DNA of 64,000 nucleotides from an uncultured delta proteobacterium (GCA_963823335.1 CAWGLD010000001.1:1312001-1376000), one strand, 5' to 3'. Shown: positions 1 to 9,704, counted from the first letter of the stretch. The notes: generated from the letters alone by a model not told the origin. Numbers and translations: made by a program.

Positions 1-123
1 CGCGATGACAATGTCGCCCATGGGAATACACATGTTTTCCTCGGACTCCCCGGCAATGACCAGACCGAAACTGAATATCGCAAGTATTGCAACGCCTATT
101 ACCAACAGATAACATTTATGCAT
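1..123 (-). CDS. 5' part of an exported protein, probably a cytochrome c3-family (class III) protein; runs off the window
   Basis: Manual translation MHKCYLLVIGVAILAIFSFGLVIAGESEENMCIPMGDIVIA; signal-peptide-like N-terminus, AGGGGG RBS. The MC(I/V)PMG motif resembles acidic cytochrome c3 N-termini, but no heme motifs lie inside the window. Confidence 0.5.
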   Translation of the reverse strand, partial: MHKCYLLVIGVAILAIFSFGLVIAGESEENMCIPMGDIVIA

Positions 124-315
124 CCATATCCCCCTTGAGCTTCCGGAAAAATCTTGTCTGCTATAATACGTCTTTACAGAACTTTCAATAAAAAACTCAC
201 TTTGTTCGACATATTGTCGCTTTCAACAAAGTAATAAAGCCGCCTTTCTATTGACATCGGCATCAGATTGACATAAAAATCCAGATCTTTGATAGAGAAA
301 CCTTGGATGGGTGAA

Positions 316-885
316 ATGGCGTTAAAAGCCAACAATAAGATTCGTCCTGCAAGAATCTGCTTGTTCAGTATCCTGTGCCTGTTCTTGTGGACAGGCTGTG
401 AGGATTCCGCCGGCCAAAAAAATGTAGCACATGAAAATCAGATGCCTTTTGAAAAATCGCCGGACAGAATCACTGCGCATCTCTATTTTTCAGACAGTGA
501 GAATGCTTTCTTGATTTCAGAGGAAAGAGCTCTTTCAGCCCGGGACCGCCCTGAAGCATTGGGCTTTCAGATTGTGACTGCCTTGCTGGAAGGACCCAAG
601 CAGACCCTGGAACGAACGATTCCAGAGGGGACGCTCCTGAGAGGATTCTACATTCTGGAGAACCGTACCGCTTATGTGGACCTGTCCCGTGAGATTCAGG
701 AGGGCCATTCAGGGGGTGCCAAATCAGAACTGATGACAATCTATTCCCTAGTGAATTCGTTGATATTAAATGTTCCGGAAATTGAAACCGTAAAAATACT
801 GGTGGAAGGAAAAGAGGCGGCAACACTCGCAGGACATGTGGATCTACGCTTTCCCTTTCGAGCCAACATGCTGTTTGTAAGATGA
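316..885 (+). CDS. GerMN domain lipoprotein
   Basis: Lipobox-like LWTGC; HLYF...LLEGP...IPEGT...AYVDLS...IYSLVNSL...VKILVEG...LAGHVDL pattern of GerMN. Start placed at ATG 316 (ORF track 289). Confidence 0.8.
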   Translation: MALKANNKIRPARICLFSILCLFLWTGCEDSAGQKNVAHENQMPFEKSPDRITAHLYFSDSENAFLISEERALSARDRPEALGFQIVTALLEGPKQTLERTIPEGTLLRGFYILENRTAYVDLSREIQEGHSGGAKSELMTIYSLVNSLILNVPEIETVKILVEGKEAATLAGHVDLRFPFRANMLFVR

Positions 886-2927
886 AGAAAATAAACAAAA
901 TAGACAAGATACGAAATATTGGTATTGTTGCCCATATCGATGCCGGCAAGACTACGGTCACCGAAAGGGTTTTGTACTACACCGGCAGCTCGCATAAAAT
1001 GGGTGAGGTTCACGATGGTGAAGCCACCATGGACTGGATGCCTGACGAGCAGGAAAGAGGCATTACTATTACCTCAGCCGTGACAACCTGCCAGTGGAAA
1101 GGTTTTGAGATCGGTATCATCGACACGCCCGGGCATGTCGATTTCACCATTGAAGTTGAACGTTCCTTGCGGGTGCTGGACGGTGCGGTGGGTGTCTTCT
1201 GTGCCGTGGGTGGCGTCGAGCCACAATCCGAAACTGTATGGCGCCAGGCGGACAAGTATTTCGTTCCCAAGATAGCCTTTGTCAATAAGCTCGACAGGAT
1301 CGGCGCCGATTACTTTGGTACCATTGGGATGATGAGAGAAAGACTCCGGGCAAACCCACTGATTTTACAGATTCCCATGGGTAGTGAAGACAGGTTCAGA
1401 GGTGTCATCGACCTGATCCGGATGGAACAGATCGTGTGGGATGACGAAACCCTGGGAGAGGCTTTCATTTCTGAACCCATTTCCTCCGAGTGGATGGAAG
1501 CCGCCCAAAAACATCGCGAAAAGATGATGGAGACACTCGCGGAAGTCGACGATGATATCATGGAGGCCTATCTTTCAGAAGAGGTCATCGATGAATCCAT
1601 GTTAAAGGGTGCCATTCGAAGTGCGACAATCGATTTGAAGATTGTGCCGGTATTATGCGGTGCGGCGCTCAAGAACAAAGGCATTCAGCCGCTTATTGAT
1701 GCGATCGTCGATTTCCTGCCCAGCCCGGCGGACATTCCACCCATGAAGGGTACGGATCCGGAAACCGGTGAGTACAGGGAATGTCTTGCCCTGGACTCCA
1801 GGCCACTGGCGGCAATCATCTTCAAAGTTTCCATGATGGAGGGTCGTAAGCTTTCGTTTGTCCGGATCTACAGTGGAAAGTTAACTGCCGGGGGGGAAGT
1901 CTACAACCCCAGCCGAAAGATAACTGAAAAGCTGAGCAGGATTCTGCGGATGCATGCCAATAAGCGGGAGCGGATCGATAGTGCCGGAGCCGGCAGCATC
2001 GTTGGTGTCGTCGGTTTGAAAGATTCTTCAACGGGGGAAACCCTTTGTACGAAGGAAAATCCTGTTCTTCTGGAGAATATCGAGTTTTATGAGCCGGTTA
2101 TTTCGGTGGCGGTGGAGCCCAAGACCCATGCGGATCAGGAAAAGCTGGATGAGGTCCTAAAAAAATTCATCGCAGAGGATCCAACCCTAAATGTCAAAGA
2201 GGATCAGGATACCGGTCAGACAATTCTATCGGGCATGGGTGAGCTGCACCTGGAAGTCATTGTCAGCCGGATGCTGCGGGAATTCAAAACCAGCGTGAAT
2301 GTCGGAAAACCCCAGGTTGTCTACAGGGAAACCATCGAAAAAACAGCAGAAGGTCTGGCTGTTTTTGACAAGGAAGTAGCAGGGCAGAGACACTTCGGTG
2401 AGGTCAAGCTGAAGATCAACCCCCTGCCCCGCGGGACCGGAAACAGTTTTGTAGCCAAACTCCGGAATGAGGAAATTCCGGACATCTTCATCCCGGCCAT
2501 TGAGGCAGGCGTCATGGAGTCTCTGGAAAGCGGTGTCCTCATGGGCTATCCTGTTGTCGACGCACAAGTGATTCTCATCGGCGGTTCATTTAAAGAGTCT
2601 GTTGGATCGGAGCTGGCATTCAGGGTGAGCGCATCCATGGCCTGTAAATCGGCGCTGTCCGATGGTGGCTCATTTCTTCTCGATCCGATCATGGGGGTGG
2701 AACTGTTTGTTCCGGAAGCTTTTATGGGGGATGTCATTGGTGATTTGAACGCGCGCGGGGGAAAGATCGAATCGATTGCTTCCAAAACTGGTTTCCAGGT
2801 GATTAGAGCCGTTGTTCCACTGGCCCAGATGTTCGGCTATTCGACATCATTAAGATCTGCTACGCAGGGCAGGGGAACCTTTTCCATGCTGTTTTCTCAT
2901 TTTGATCGTAGTGAATCCAGGCAATAG
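882..2927 (+). CDS. fusA: Elongation factor G (stand-alone paralog)
   Basis: [57 protein letters not shown]; 681 aa; ATGA overlap with the upstream gene. Confidence 0.95.
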   Translation: MKKINKIDKIRNIGIVAHIDAGKTTVTERVLYYTGSSHKMGEVHDGEATMDWMPDEQERGITITSAVTTCQWKGFEIGIIDTPGHVDFTIEVERSLRVLDGAVGVFCAVGGVEPQSETVWRQADKYFVPKIAFVNKLDRIGADYFGTIGMMRERLRANPLILQIPMGSEDRFRGVIDLIRMEQIVWDDETLGEAFISEPISSEWMEAAQKHREKMMETLAEVDDDIMEAYLSEEVIDESMLKGAIRSATIDLKIVPVLCGAALKNKGIQPLIDAIVDFLPSPADIPPMKGTDPETGEYRECLALDSRPLAAIIFKVSMMEGRKLSFVRIYSGKLTAGGEVYNPSRKITEKLSRILRMHANKRERIDSAGAGSIVGVVGLKDSSTGETLCTKENPVLLENIEFYEPVISVAVEPKTHADQEKLDEVLKKFIAEDPTLNVKEDQDTGQTILSGMGELHLEVIVSRMLREFKTSVNVGKPQVVYRETIEKTAEGLAVFDKEVAGQRHFGEVKLKINPLPRGTGNSFVAKLRNEEIPDIFIPAIEAGVMESLESGVLMGYPVVDAQVILIGGSFKESVGSELAFRVSASMACKSALSDGGSFLLDPIMGVELFVPEAFMGDVIGDLNARGGKIESIASKTGFQVIRAVVPLAQMFGYSTSLRSATQGRGTFSMLFSHFDRSESRQ

Positions 2928-2970
2928 TCCGGGCTCCATCAGATCCAGGCCGTTTTTATCCGCATATCCA

Positions 2971-4398
2971 TTACCTTTCTTTTTCCAATGATTCACGCTG
3001 GGCTGTTTTTTTGCTTTGTTTGAGCATGGTTTCGATCTCTTCTTTTTGTTTCGGATCGGTAATGAGGGGCTGCGCTTTTTCCAGATGGATGATTGCCGTC
3101 TTCCAGGACCCTTTCAACTGGTAGTATTTACCGAGATTATAATGGGCTTGCCCCATATTCCCCTGCATACCGTATATGTTGCCAAGGAAAAGGTATGCCT
3201 CTGTTTCGGTGGTATTTTTTTTCAGAATTGTGTTGAAACCTTCGGCAGCCTTGTCCAGACTGCCGAGTTCCATGCGGGTTCGGGAAAGGTAGAAAAGGCT
3301 TTCGCTGTCTTCGGGTGCCAGCCCCACCGATCCTTCAAGTGTCTGAAGCGCTTTCGGGTATTGACCTTCTAAAAAATAGATGCGTCCCAGTTCCTTCAGC
3401 ATGACCGGATTGAAGGCGTCTTTTTCCAACGCTTTCTTCAAATAAACGACGGCATTTGGATAATCACCGATCTTTGCCAATGCCAATCCCCTGCCATAGA
3501 GTGCGATGGTATCCCCGGGTTGGGTTTTCAACTGAGAATCAAACGCTGCCAGTGCGGTTTCCCCATTACCGTATTTGCCTGACAGTGTTGCCTGTACAAA
3601 ACGAAATGTATCTTTATCGACAGGTCTTTTTTTTGTCTCCGTTAGCTTGGTACCTTCTATATGGCTGTCGATATATCCCATACGTTCTTCAGAGGCCGGG
3701 TGGGTCATGAGATACGATGGAATCTGATCTGTGCCAAACCACTGTTTACTGCGCATCTTTTGCAGCGACGTAAGGAGACCCATACTACCATAACCGGCGC
3801 GGTCGAGATAATCAAAGGCCAGTTGATCCGCCTGCACTTCATTTTCACGGCTGTAGGCGAGGGAGGCTGACTGCCCGGCTGCCATGGATCCGACGATAAC
3901 AGCGTTTCCAATATCGGGAGAACCGCTACCACCGAGAAGTATTCCCGCAGCGACACCCGCCAGTGTTGCCAGATTGATTTTGGGAGAGCGGTCTACATTC
4001 TGGGAGATGTGCCGGCTGACCACATGGGCGATTTCATGGGCCAGGATTCCTGCGAGTTCCTCTTCGCTCTCAAGCCCTTCCAGGAGGCCGCTGTTGATAA
4101 AAATATGGCCTGCCGGAGTTGCAAAGGCATTGTAAACATGTTGTTTTACGATGTAAAAACGATATGTAAATGGCTGGGGCGGAATGTTTGAAAGGAGGAT
4201 CCCACCGATCTTGTTAACGTACCCGACCAGATAGGGATCCTGAATGAGCTCTAACTGTTTTTTGACAATACGCAGAAACTCTTCGGAGAGTTCCTCTTCC
4301 TCCTGTATGGTAATTGAATAGACCACCGGTGACACGGCCAGAGAAACGAGAATGAGGACCATGGTCAATCCCGTTATTAGTTGGCAACTTTTTTTCAT
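2971..4398 (-). CDS. M48 family metalloprotease with TPR repeats (BepA/YfgC-like)
   Basis: NAFATPAG, HEIAH zinc motif, YSRENEVQAD, YLMTHP, C-terminal TPRs; start at MKKSC. Confidence 0.88.
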   Translation of the reverse strand: MKKSCQLITGLTMVLILVSLAVSPVVYSITIQEEEELSEEFLRIVKKQLELIQDPYLVGYVNKIGGILLSNIPPQPFTYRFYIVKQHVYNAFATPAGHIFINSGLLEGLESEEELAGILAHEIAHVVSRHISQNVDRSPKINLATLAGVAAGILLGGSGSPDIGNAVIVGSMAAGQSASLAYSRENEVQADQLAFDYLDRAGYGSMGLLTSLQKMRSKQWFGTDQIPSYLMTHPASEERMGYIDSHIEGTKLTETKKRPVDKDTFRFVQATLSGKYGNGETALAAFDSQLKTQPGDTIALYGRGLALAKIGDYPNAVVYLKKALEKDAFNPVMLKELGRIYFLEGQYPKALQTLEGSVGLAPEDSESLFYLSRTRMELGSLDKAAEGFNTILKKNTTETEAYLFLGNIYGMQGNMGQAHYNLGKYYQLKGSWKTAIIHLEKAQPLITDPKQKEEIETMLKQSKKTAQRESLEKER

Positions 4399-4462
4399 AG
4401 GTGAAATTCTATCAAATATTGAAACAGCTAGCAAGCGTTCACTTTATCCGGACGATTTTCGC

Positions 4463-4531
4463 ACCTCGCAGCATGCGAAGCACTGCCGAAAGGCATAACA
4501 TAGGAGGAATGCGCTCGCTTTTTCGGTTCAA
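4463..4531 (+). mobile_element. Palindromic IS200/IS605-like non-autonomous element, copy 1 (insert variant, left end truncated)
   Basis: ACCTCGCAGCA...GGAATGCGCTCGCTTTTTCGGTTCAA matches the reverse complement of 6937-7055 and aligns with 55352-55429. Confidence 0.6.
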
Positions 4532-4579
4532 ACGCCTCTTCTCTTTTCAAAGTCGTATTTTTGTGGTAGACGCACTCTC

Positions 4580-5398
4580 ATGACTCAAACCTTATGCATT
4601 GTAAACCAGAAAGGTGGGGTTGGCAAGACGACCACGGCTGTTAACTTGGCAGCATCGCTGGCTGTGGCCAAGAAAAAGACGCTCCTGGTGGACTGCGATC
4701 CCCAGGCAAACGCCACCACCGGACTGGGTATCGATAAAAGCAGCCTGGAACAAACATTATACCATGGTCTGATCGGGCAGGCTCCAGCTAACAGCATTGT
4801 GATCGACAGCGAAATAGCGCTGCTCAAAATAATCCCCTCTCGTGTCGAATTGATCGGATTTGATATCGAGATGCTGAACGCAAAAGAGCGGGAAATGGCT
4901 TTGAAGAAGTTGCTGTCTCAGCTGGATGACAGTTTCGATTACATCATCATTGACTGTCCACCCTCCCTGAGTCTGTTGACGGTGAACGCCATGGCAGCTG
5001 CGGACGCGTTGCTGATCCCTCTGCAATGTGAGTTTTATGCCCTGGAAGGATTGAGCCAGCTCCTGCAGACCATCAAGCACATTAAGCACAGTTTGAATCC
5101 TAGGCTGAACATCGCAGGTATCTTACTGACCATGTTTGACCAGAGGACCAATTTGTCCCATCAGGTGGCAGAGAATGCCAAGAAATATTTCAAGCATCTA
5201 GTGTTCAAGACGATTGTACCCAGAAATGTACGGCTCGGTGAAGCCCCCAGTTTTGGCAAACCGATTCTTCTTTACGATGGGACCTCCAGTGGAGCCAAAA
5301 GCTATTATCAACTGGCCGAGGAAGTTATGGAAATTCAGCCTGTCACGAAACAAACGAATACATCTAACACTGAGGAGCGATACCGTCGCGATCAATAA
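4580..5398 (+). CDS. parA: Chromosome partitioning ATPase ParA/Soj
   Basis: NQKGGVGKTTT, DCDPQANAT, IDCPPSL, PRNVRLGEAPSFGKP. Confidence 0.95.
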   Translation: MTQTLCIVNQKGGVGKTTTAVNLAASLAVAKKKTLLVDCDPQANATTGLGIDKSSLEQTLYHGLIGQAPANSIVIDSEIALLKIIPSRVELIGFDIEMLNAKEREMALKKLLSQLDDSFDYIIIDCPPSLSLLTVNAMAAADALLIPLQCEFYALEGLSQLLQTIKHIKHSLNPRLNIAGILLTMFDQRTNLSHQVAENAKKYFKHLVFKTIVPRNVRLGEAPSFGKPILLYDGTSSGAKSYYQLAEEVMEIQPVTKQTNTSNTEERYRRDQ

Positions 5399-5433
5399 AA
5401 TTGTTCCTACAATTTTGTTAAAGAACAGGAAAT

Positions 5434-6312
5434 ATGCCTAAAGAACAGCCAAAAAAGAGAAAAAAGTTAGCTCTCGGTAAAGGATTGGGTGCGCTTATCC
5501 CGGATATCAGTGCGGCAGGTGATATGGAAAGGGATTACTTTTACTGTCAGGTCAGCCGCATTCGTCCCAATCGATATCAACCGAGAAAAAAGTTTAATGA
5601 GCAAGAACTGGCTGCACTCAGTGCTTCCATCAAAGAACAGGGAATTATCCAGCCACTGCTTATACGGAAACTCGAAGATGGCTACGAACTCGTCGCCGGA
5701 GAAAGACGGCTCCGGGCCGCAAAACTGGCAGGATATAGAGACGTTCCCTGCGTGATAAAAGATCTTACTGAAAAACAAGTGCTTGAAATGTCTCTTGTGG
5801 AGAATATCCAACGGGAAAATCTTAACCCCATGGAAGAGGCCGACGCCTACCATCGTCTGATCACAGAGTTCGAATTGACCCAGGAGGAGGCGGCCATACA
5901 TGTCGGGAAAAGCAGATCGGCGGTGGCCAATTTCCTGCGATTGAGACAATTGCCAGAGTCGATTAAGGAGAGCATTATCGATGGCGTTTTAAGCATGGGA
6001 CATGCACGGGCATTGCTCGGTATACCCAACAAAGCACAACAGTCGGCTGTATGGCGCGAGGTGGTCTCAAAAGGTCTGTCCGTGCGGGAGACAGAATCTC
6101 TTGTCAACCGTCTCAAAAAAGAAACCGGCCCTGGAAAAAAACGCCAAGAGGGGTCTGACGAGATTTATTTTGCAAATATTTCCGAAGAACTTTCCCGAAG
6201 CTTTGGTACCAAAGTACAGATTCGACGACGGGGTCAAAAGGGAAAAGTTGAAATAGAATTTTACAGCAACGAGGATCTTGACAGGTTGTTGCATCTGTTG
6301 AACCGGCAATAA
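5434..6312 (+). CDS. parB: Chromosome partitioning protein ParB/Spo0J
   Basis: [54 protein letters not shown]. Confidence 0.95.
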   Translation: MPKEQPKKRKKLALGKGLGALIPDISAAGDMERDYFYCQVSRIRPNRYQPRKKFNEQELAALSASIKEQGIIQPLLIRKLEDGYELVAGERRLRAAKLAGYRDVPCVIKDLTEKQVLEMSLVENIQRENLNPMEEADAYHRLITEFELTQEEAAIHVGKSRSAVANFLRLRQLPESIKESIIDGVLSMGHARALLGIPNKAQQSAVWREVVSKGLSVRETESLVNRLKKETGPGKKRQEGSDEIYFANISEELSRSFGTKVQIRRRGQKGKVEIEFYSNEDLDRLLHLLNRQ

Positions 6313-6378
6313 TGGGCGCAGTTCACCTAGCTTTCTGCGGGGTACGCTTCAATCAGATAGGGACTAATCTGCACAGGC

Positions 6379-6903
6379 ATGTCACTTCATATCATCGTAG
6401 ATGGCTACAATGTCATTCGTCAGTCAAAACAGTTGCGTATTCTGGATCTGCGGGATATGCAGGAGGGAAGAGAAGCCCTTCAAGATATCCTGGTGGAATA
6501 CCGAAAAAATAAAGGTCACCGCATCACCATTGTTTTTGACGGAACCAACACCATCTCTCAAGACGCACGGCGCCAGCGTTTTCGTGGAATCGAAATTCTA
6601 TTTTCGCGCAATGGTGAGACGGCTGACACGGTTATCAAAAGCATGGCCGCCAGGGAAAAGGAAAGGGCTCTGGTTGTCAGCTCCGACAGAGATATCGTTT
6701 TGTTTGTGAGGTCTGTGGGTTCGGCAAGCATTGGATCCAGGGAATTTGAAGATAAAATGTTCCAGGCGATTTATTGTGATGAAAGCAGTTGGTTGGAAGA
6801 TTCCCCTGAGACAGGATGGGTGCCGACGACACGCAAGAAGGGTCCCAGTCGGCGGCTGCCGAAGAAAAGGCGTCGAAATCAGAGCAAGACGATTAAACTA
6901 TAA
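6379..6903 (+). CDS. NYN domain ribonuclease (YacP/Rae1-like)
   Basis: IIVDGYNVI, IVFDG, ETADTVI, VVSSDR. Confidence 0.85.
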   Translation: MSLHIIVDGYNVIRQSKQLRILDLRDMQEGREALQDILVEYRKNKGHRITIVFDGTNTISQDARRQRFRGIEILFSRNGETADTVIKSMAAREKERALVVSSDRDIVLFVRSVGSASIGSREFEDKMFQAIYCDESSWLEDSPETGWVPTTRKKGPSRRLPKKRRRNQSKTIKL

Positions 6904-6936
6904 ACGATAACTCAACTGGATTCAGCGAACACGAAA

Positions 6937-7055
6937 TGAACCGAAAAAGCGAGCGCATTCCCCGTAGCTTGCTGCGGGGTTAGCGAGCGAGTCTATATTA
7001 GACAGAATTCCTTACGGTCGAAGATTCCTCGTAGCTTGCTGCGAGGTTCTTCAAT
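6937..7055 (-). mobile_element. Palindromic IS200/IS605-like non-autonomous element, copy 2 (most complete, two hairpins)
   Basis: Two near-identical hairpins CCCCGTAGCTTGCTGCGGGG and CCTCGTAGCTTGCTGCGAGG; on the minus strand it starts ATTGAAGAACC and ends CGGTTCA; homologous pieces recur elsewhere in the window. Confidence 0.7.
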
Positions 7056-7056
7056 A

Positions 7057-7224
7057 ATCCGCTGGCGCTGTGCGAACTCGCCGCAAGGGTTCCTAACATC
7101 AGCGCTGGCCAAAAGGTTAAATAGGCATAACAGTCAAATGACGAGTTTCCATATTGGAGTTTCATTGTCATGCGCTGATGTAAGGAGCCCTAATTGGCTC
7201 AGACAGCGCAAATCGCCATCGGAT
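7057..7224. repeat. Nested inverted-repeat structure (REP-like element or structured leader RNA)
   Basis: ATCCGCTGGCG (7057-67) / CGCCATCGGAT (7214-24); AGGGTTCCTAACATCAGCGC (7086-7105) / GCGCTGATGTAAGGAGCCCT (7172-91); inner hairpin near 7138-7171. Confidence 0.6.
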
Positions 7225-7265
7225 CACCCATTTCGTTCCATCTATGGTGAAGTAGAGGTCACAGT

Positions 7266-7691
7266 ATGAAGACCATTGTCGTCATCGATGGGCAGGGCGG
7301 GGGTATCGGCAGCAGCATCATCAAGAAACTCAGGGAGAGCTACGCGGAGCGTATGGAGATAATTGCACTTGGGACCAATGCCATTGCCACAGCCAATATG
7401 TTGAAGGCAGGGGCGAATCGGGGAGCCTCCGGTCAGAATGCCATTGTTCGAACCTCGCGCCATGCAGATATAATTATCGGACCGATCAGTATTGTGATGG
7501 CCAATGCCATGTTGGGTGAATTGACGCCTGGGATGGCCGAAGCAGTCGCTTCGAGCAAGGCCAGAAAAATTTTGATACCGCTATCCCAGGAGAATGTGGT
7601 TGTGGTTGGCGCCGCTCCCGACCGACTTCCCAAGCTGATCGAAACCATGCTGGAGGAAGATCTGTTGAATTTGACAACCGGCAAGGAATAA
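7266..7691 (+). CDS. DUF3842 family protein
   Basis: IVVIDGQGGGIG, ALGTNAIATANMLKAGANRGASGQNA, ANAMLGELTP. Confidence 0.85.
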   Translation: MKTIVVIDGQGGGIGSSIIKKLRESYAERMEIIALGTNAIATANMLKAGANRGASGQNAIVRTSRHADIIIGPISIVMANAMLGELTPGMAEAVASSKARKILIPLSQENVVVVGAAPDRLPKLIETMLEEDLLNLTTGKE

Positions 7692-7729
7692 GAAACAAAT
7701 ACCACCGTCTTAGAAAAAGGAATTCTATC

Positions 7730-7915
7730 ATGTGTGAAGCAAATGTCTATCTTATCGAAGACAAAGAAACCAAGTTGATCATGGAAGCCGTGGATACGGT
7801 GGAACCGGAAGGTGATGGGATAAAGCTTGTCAGCATTTTCGGGGACCAGAAAATAATCAAGGCCCGGATCCATTCACTGTCGCTTGTGGACAACAAGATC
7901 TATCTTCAAGGATAA
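7730..7915 (+). CDS. cooT: CooT family nickel-binding protein
   Basis: 61 aa, MCEANVY start, IMEAVD, SIFGDQK; AAGGA RBS. Confidence 0.8.
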   Translation: MCEANVYLIEDKETKLIMEAVDTVEPEGDGIKLVSIFGDQKIIKARIHSLSLVDNKIYLQG

Positions 7916-7938
7916 AACAACACCATTCAACGAATTTC

Positions 7939-9672
7939 GTGAAAGTAATCATTGCCAAAACTGCTGGATTTTGCATGGGTGTTCGCAGGGCTGTGGAGAT
8001 TGTCCTCGATACGGCCCACCAGCAAGGTGCCCCCGTCCGAACCTTCGGTCCGCTGATTCACAATCCACAGGTACTCACTCTTTTTGAAGAAAAGGGGATA
8101 AAGACCGAACAATCCGTTCCGGAAAGTGGAACAGGATCCATTCTCATAAGAGCCCATGGTGTGCCGCCCGGTATCAAGTCATCGCTGGCGTCTGCCGGTT
8201 TCAACGTAATAGATGCCACGTGTCCACGGGTCATCAAAGTTCAAACCATTATTCGAAAGCATGCCCAGAAAGGCTACGCATCCATTATTATCGGGGACAA
8301 GGATCACCCGGAGGTTGTGGGGCTGTTAGGCTATGCGGGAGACCGGGGATATATAGCGGACAATCTCCAGGCCTTGAACGAACTTCCCAAATTTGAAAAA
8401 GCCATCATTGTGGCCCAGACCACCCAGAATGTACGTCTTTTTGATGATGTCAGGACATGGGCCTCCGAGCGATATCCCCACTATAAAGTTTTTGATACCA
8501 TTTGTGATTCGACAGAAAGGCGGCAGGCGGAAGTCCTGCGCCTTGCCGACCTGGTGGATGCAATTATTGTTGTCGGTGGACACAACAGTGGTAATACACA
8601 GCGATTGTCCGAAATCGCCAGGCAGACGGGAAAACAGGTATACCACATCGAAACCGAATCCGAACTTGATCTGGAGGCACTTTCCTCGGTCGCGTGTGTC
8701 GGCATTACTGCCGGTGCCAGCACGCCGAACTGGATCATTAAACGAGTTTACCGCAAACTTGAAACACTGCCGGTCAAGGGCACATTTTCCTGGCAGAAAT
8801 CGGTCTATCTTCTCAAGCGATCCCTGATATTGACCAATATTATGGTTGCTGTCGGAGCAGGGTCTCTCTGTTTTGCCTGTGCAAGATTACAGGGAATCGA
8901 ATTCTTTTATCCGCAGATACTCATTGCTGCACTATATGTTCAGTCCATGCACATCCTGAACCACCTGATGGGAAGACAATCGGATCGCTTCAATGATCCG
9001 GAACGGTCTGAGTTTTACATCCGTTACCGTTCGCTGCTGTCGATTCTGGCCATGGCAGCCGGTGGCGCCGGGTTATTGACAGCCTACAGTATGGGATGGA
9101 TACCATTTCTGATTCTTCTGGCCATGAGCCTTCTAGGTTTTTCCTATAATTTGAAACTGGTACCCCCTTGGTTCCCTATGCAGTTGAAATACAAGCGGAT
9201 AAGGGAAATTCCGGGATCGAAAACCATTCTAATTGCGGTGGCATGGGGTATTGTCAGCGCCATATTTCCATCATTTGAAAAGAGGGGCGGTTTTGATCTA
9301 TCCATCCTGCTGACGTTTTTCTGGGCAACGCTTTTTGTGTTCGTGAGAACGGCGTTTTTCGATGTTCTGGACATGCAGGGGGATAGAATTGCTGGCAAGG
9401 AAACCCTGCCCCTCCTCATGGGCGAAAAACGAACCTTGCGGGTTTTGAAGCTGCTGCTTCTGATTTTGGCGGCGATTCTCATTCTGGCGAGCGCTTCCGG
9501 AATCTTCAACCATCTTGGTTTTGGCCTGGCTATCTGCCCTGTCCTGATGTTATGCGTTATTCTGGCCAATGAAAAAGAATTGATGCTGCCCGGTGTTCAT
9601 CTGGAATTCTTGATTGAATCTCATTTTGTTTTGGCAGGCATTATCGCTCTTTTCTGGTCGATGCTGGCCTAA
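7939..9672 (+). CDS. ispH: 4-hydroxy-3-methylbut-2-enyl diphosphate reductase fused to a C-terminal UbiA-like membrane domain
   Basis: AGFCMGVRRA, LIHNPQV, RAHG, DATCPRV, HPEV, QTT, TICDST, GGHNSGNT, TAGASTP; C-terminal ~290 aa multi-TM with DVLDMQGDRIAGKETLP. Confidence 0.9.
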   Translation: MKVIIAKTAGFCMGVRRAVEIVLDTAHQQGAPVRTFGPLIHNPQVLTLFEEKGIKTEQSVPESGTGSILIRAHGVPPGIKSSLASAGFNVIDATCPRVIKVQTIIRKHAQKGYASIIIGDKDHPEVVGLLGYAGDRGYIADNLQALNELPKFEKAIIVAQTTQNVRLFDDVRTWASERYPHYKVFDTICDSTERRQAEVLRLADLVDAIIVVGGHNSGNTQRLSEIARQTGKQVYHIETESELDLEALSSVACVGITAGASTPNWIIKRVYRKLETLPVKGTFSWQKSVYLLKRSLILTNIMVAVGAGSLCFACARLQGIEFFYPQILIAALYVQSMHILNHLMGRQSDRFNDPERSEFYIRYRSLLSILAMAAGGAGLLTAYSMGWIPFLILLAMSLLGFSYNLKLVPPWFPMQLKYKRIREIPGSKTILIAVAWGIVSAIFPSFEKRGGFDLSILLTFFWATLFVFVRTAFFDVLDMQGDRIAGKETLPLLMGEKRTLRVLKLLLLILAAILILASASGIFNHLGFGLAICPVLMLCVILANEKELMLPGVHLEFLIESHFVLAGIIALFWSMLA

Positions 9673-9704
9673 CTGAAAGCCATAAGCCATGGACTATCAG
9701 CAGC

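Noticed and set aside
6937-7055. CRISPR mini-array (two similar palindromic repeats with a spacer)
   Set aside because: Only two units, no cas genes, and dispersed homologs share flanking sequence, which fits a mobile palindromic element
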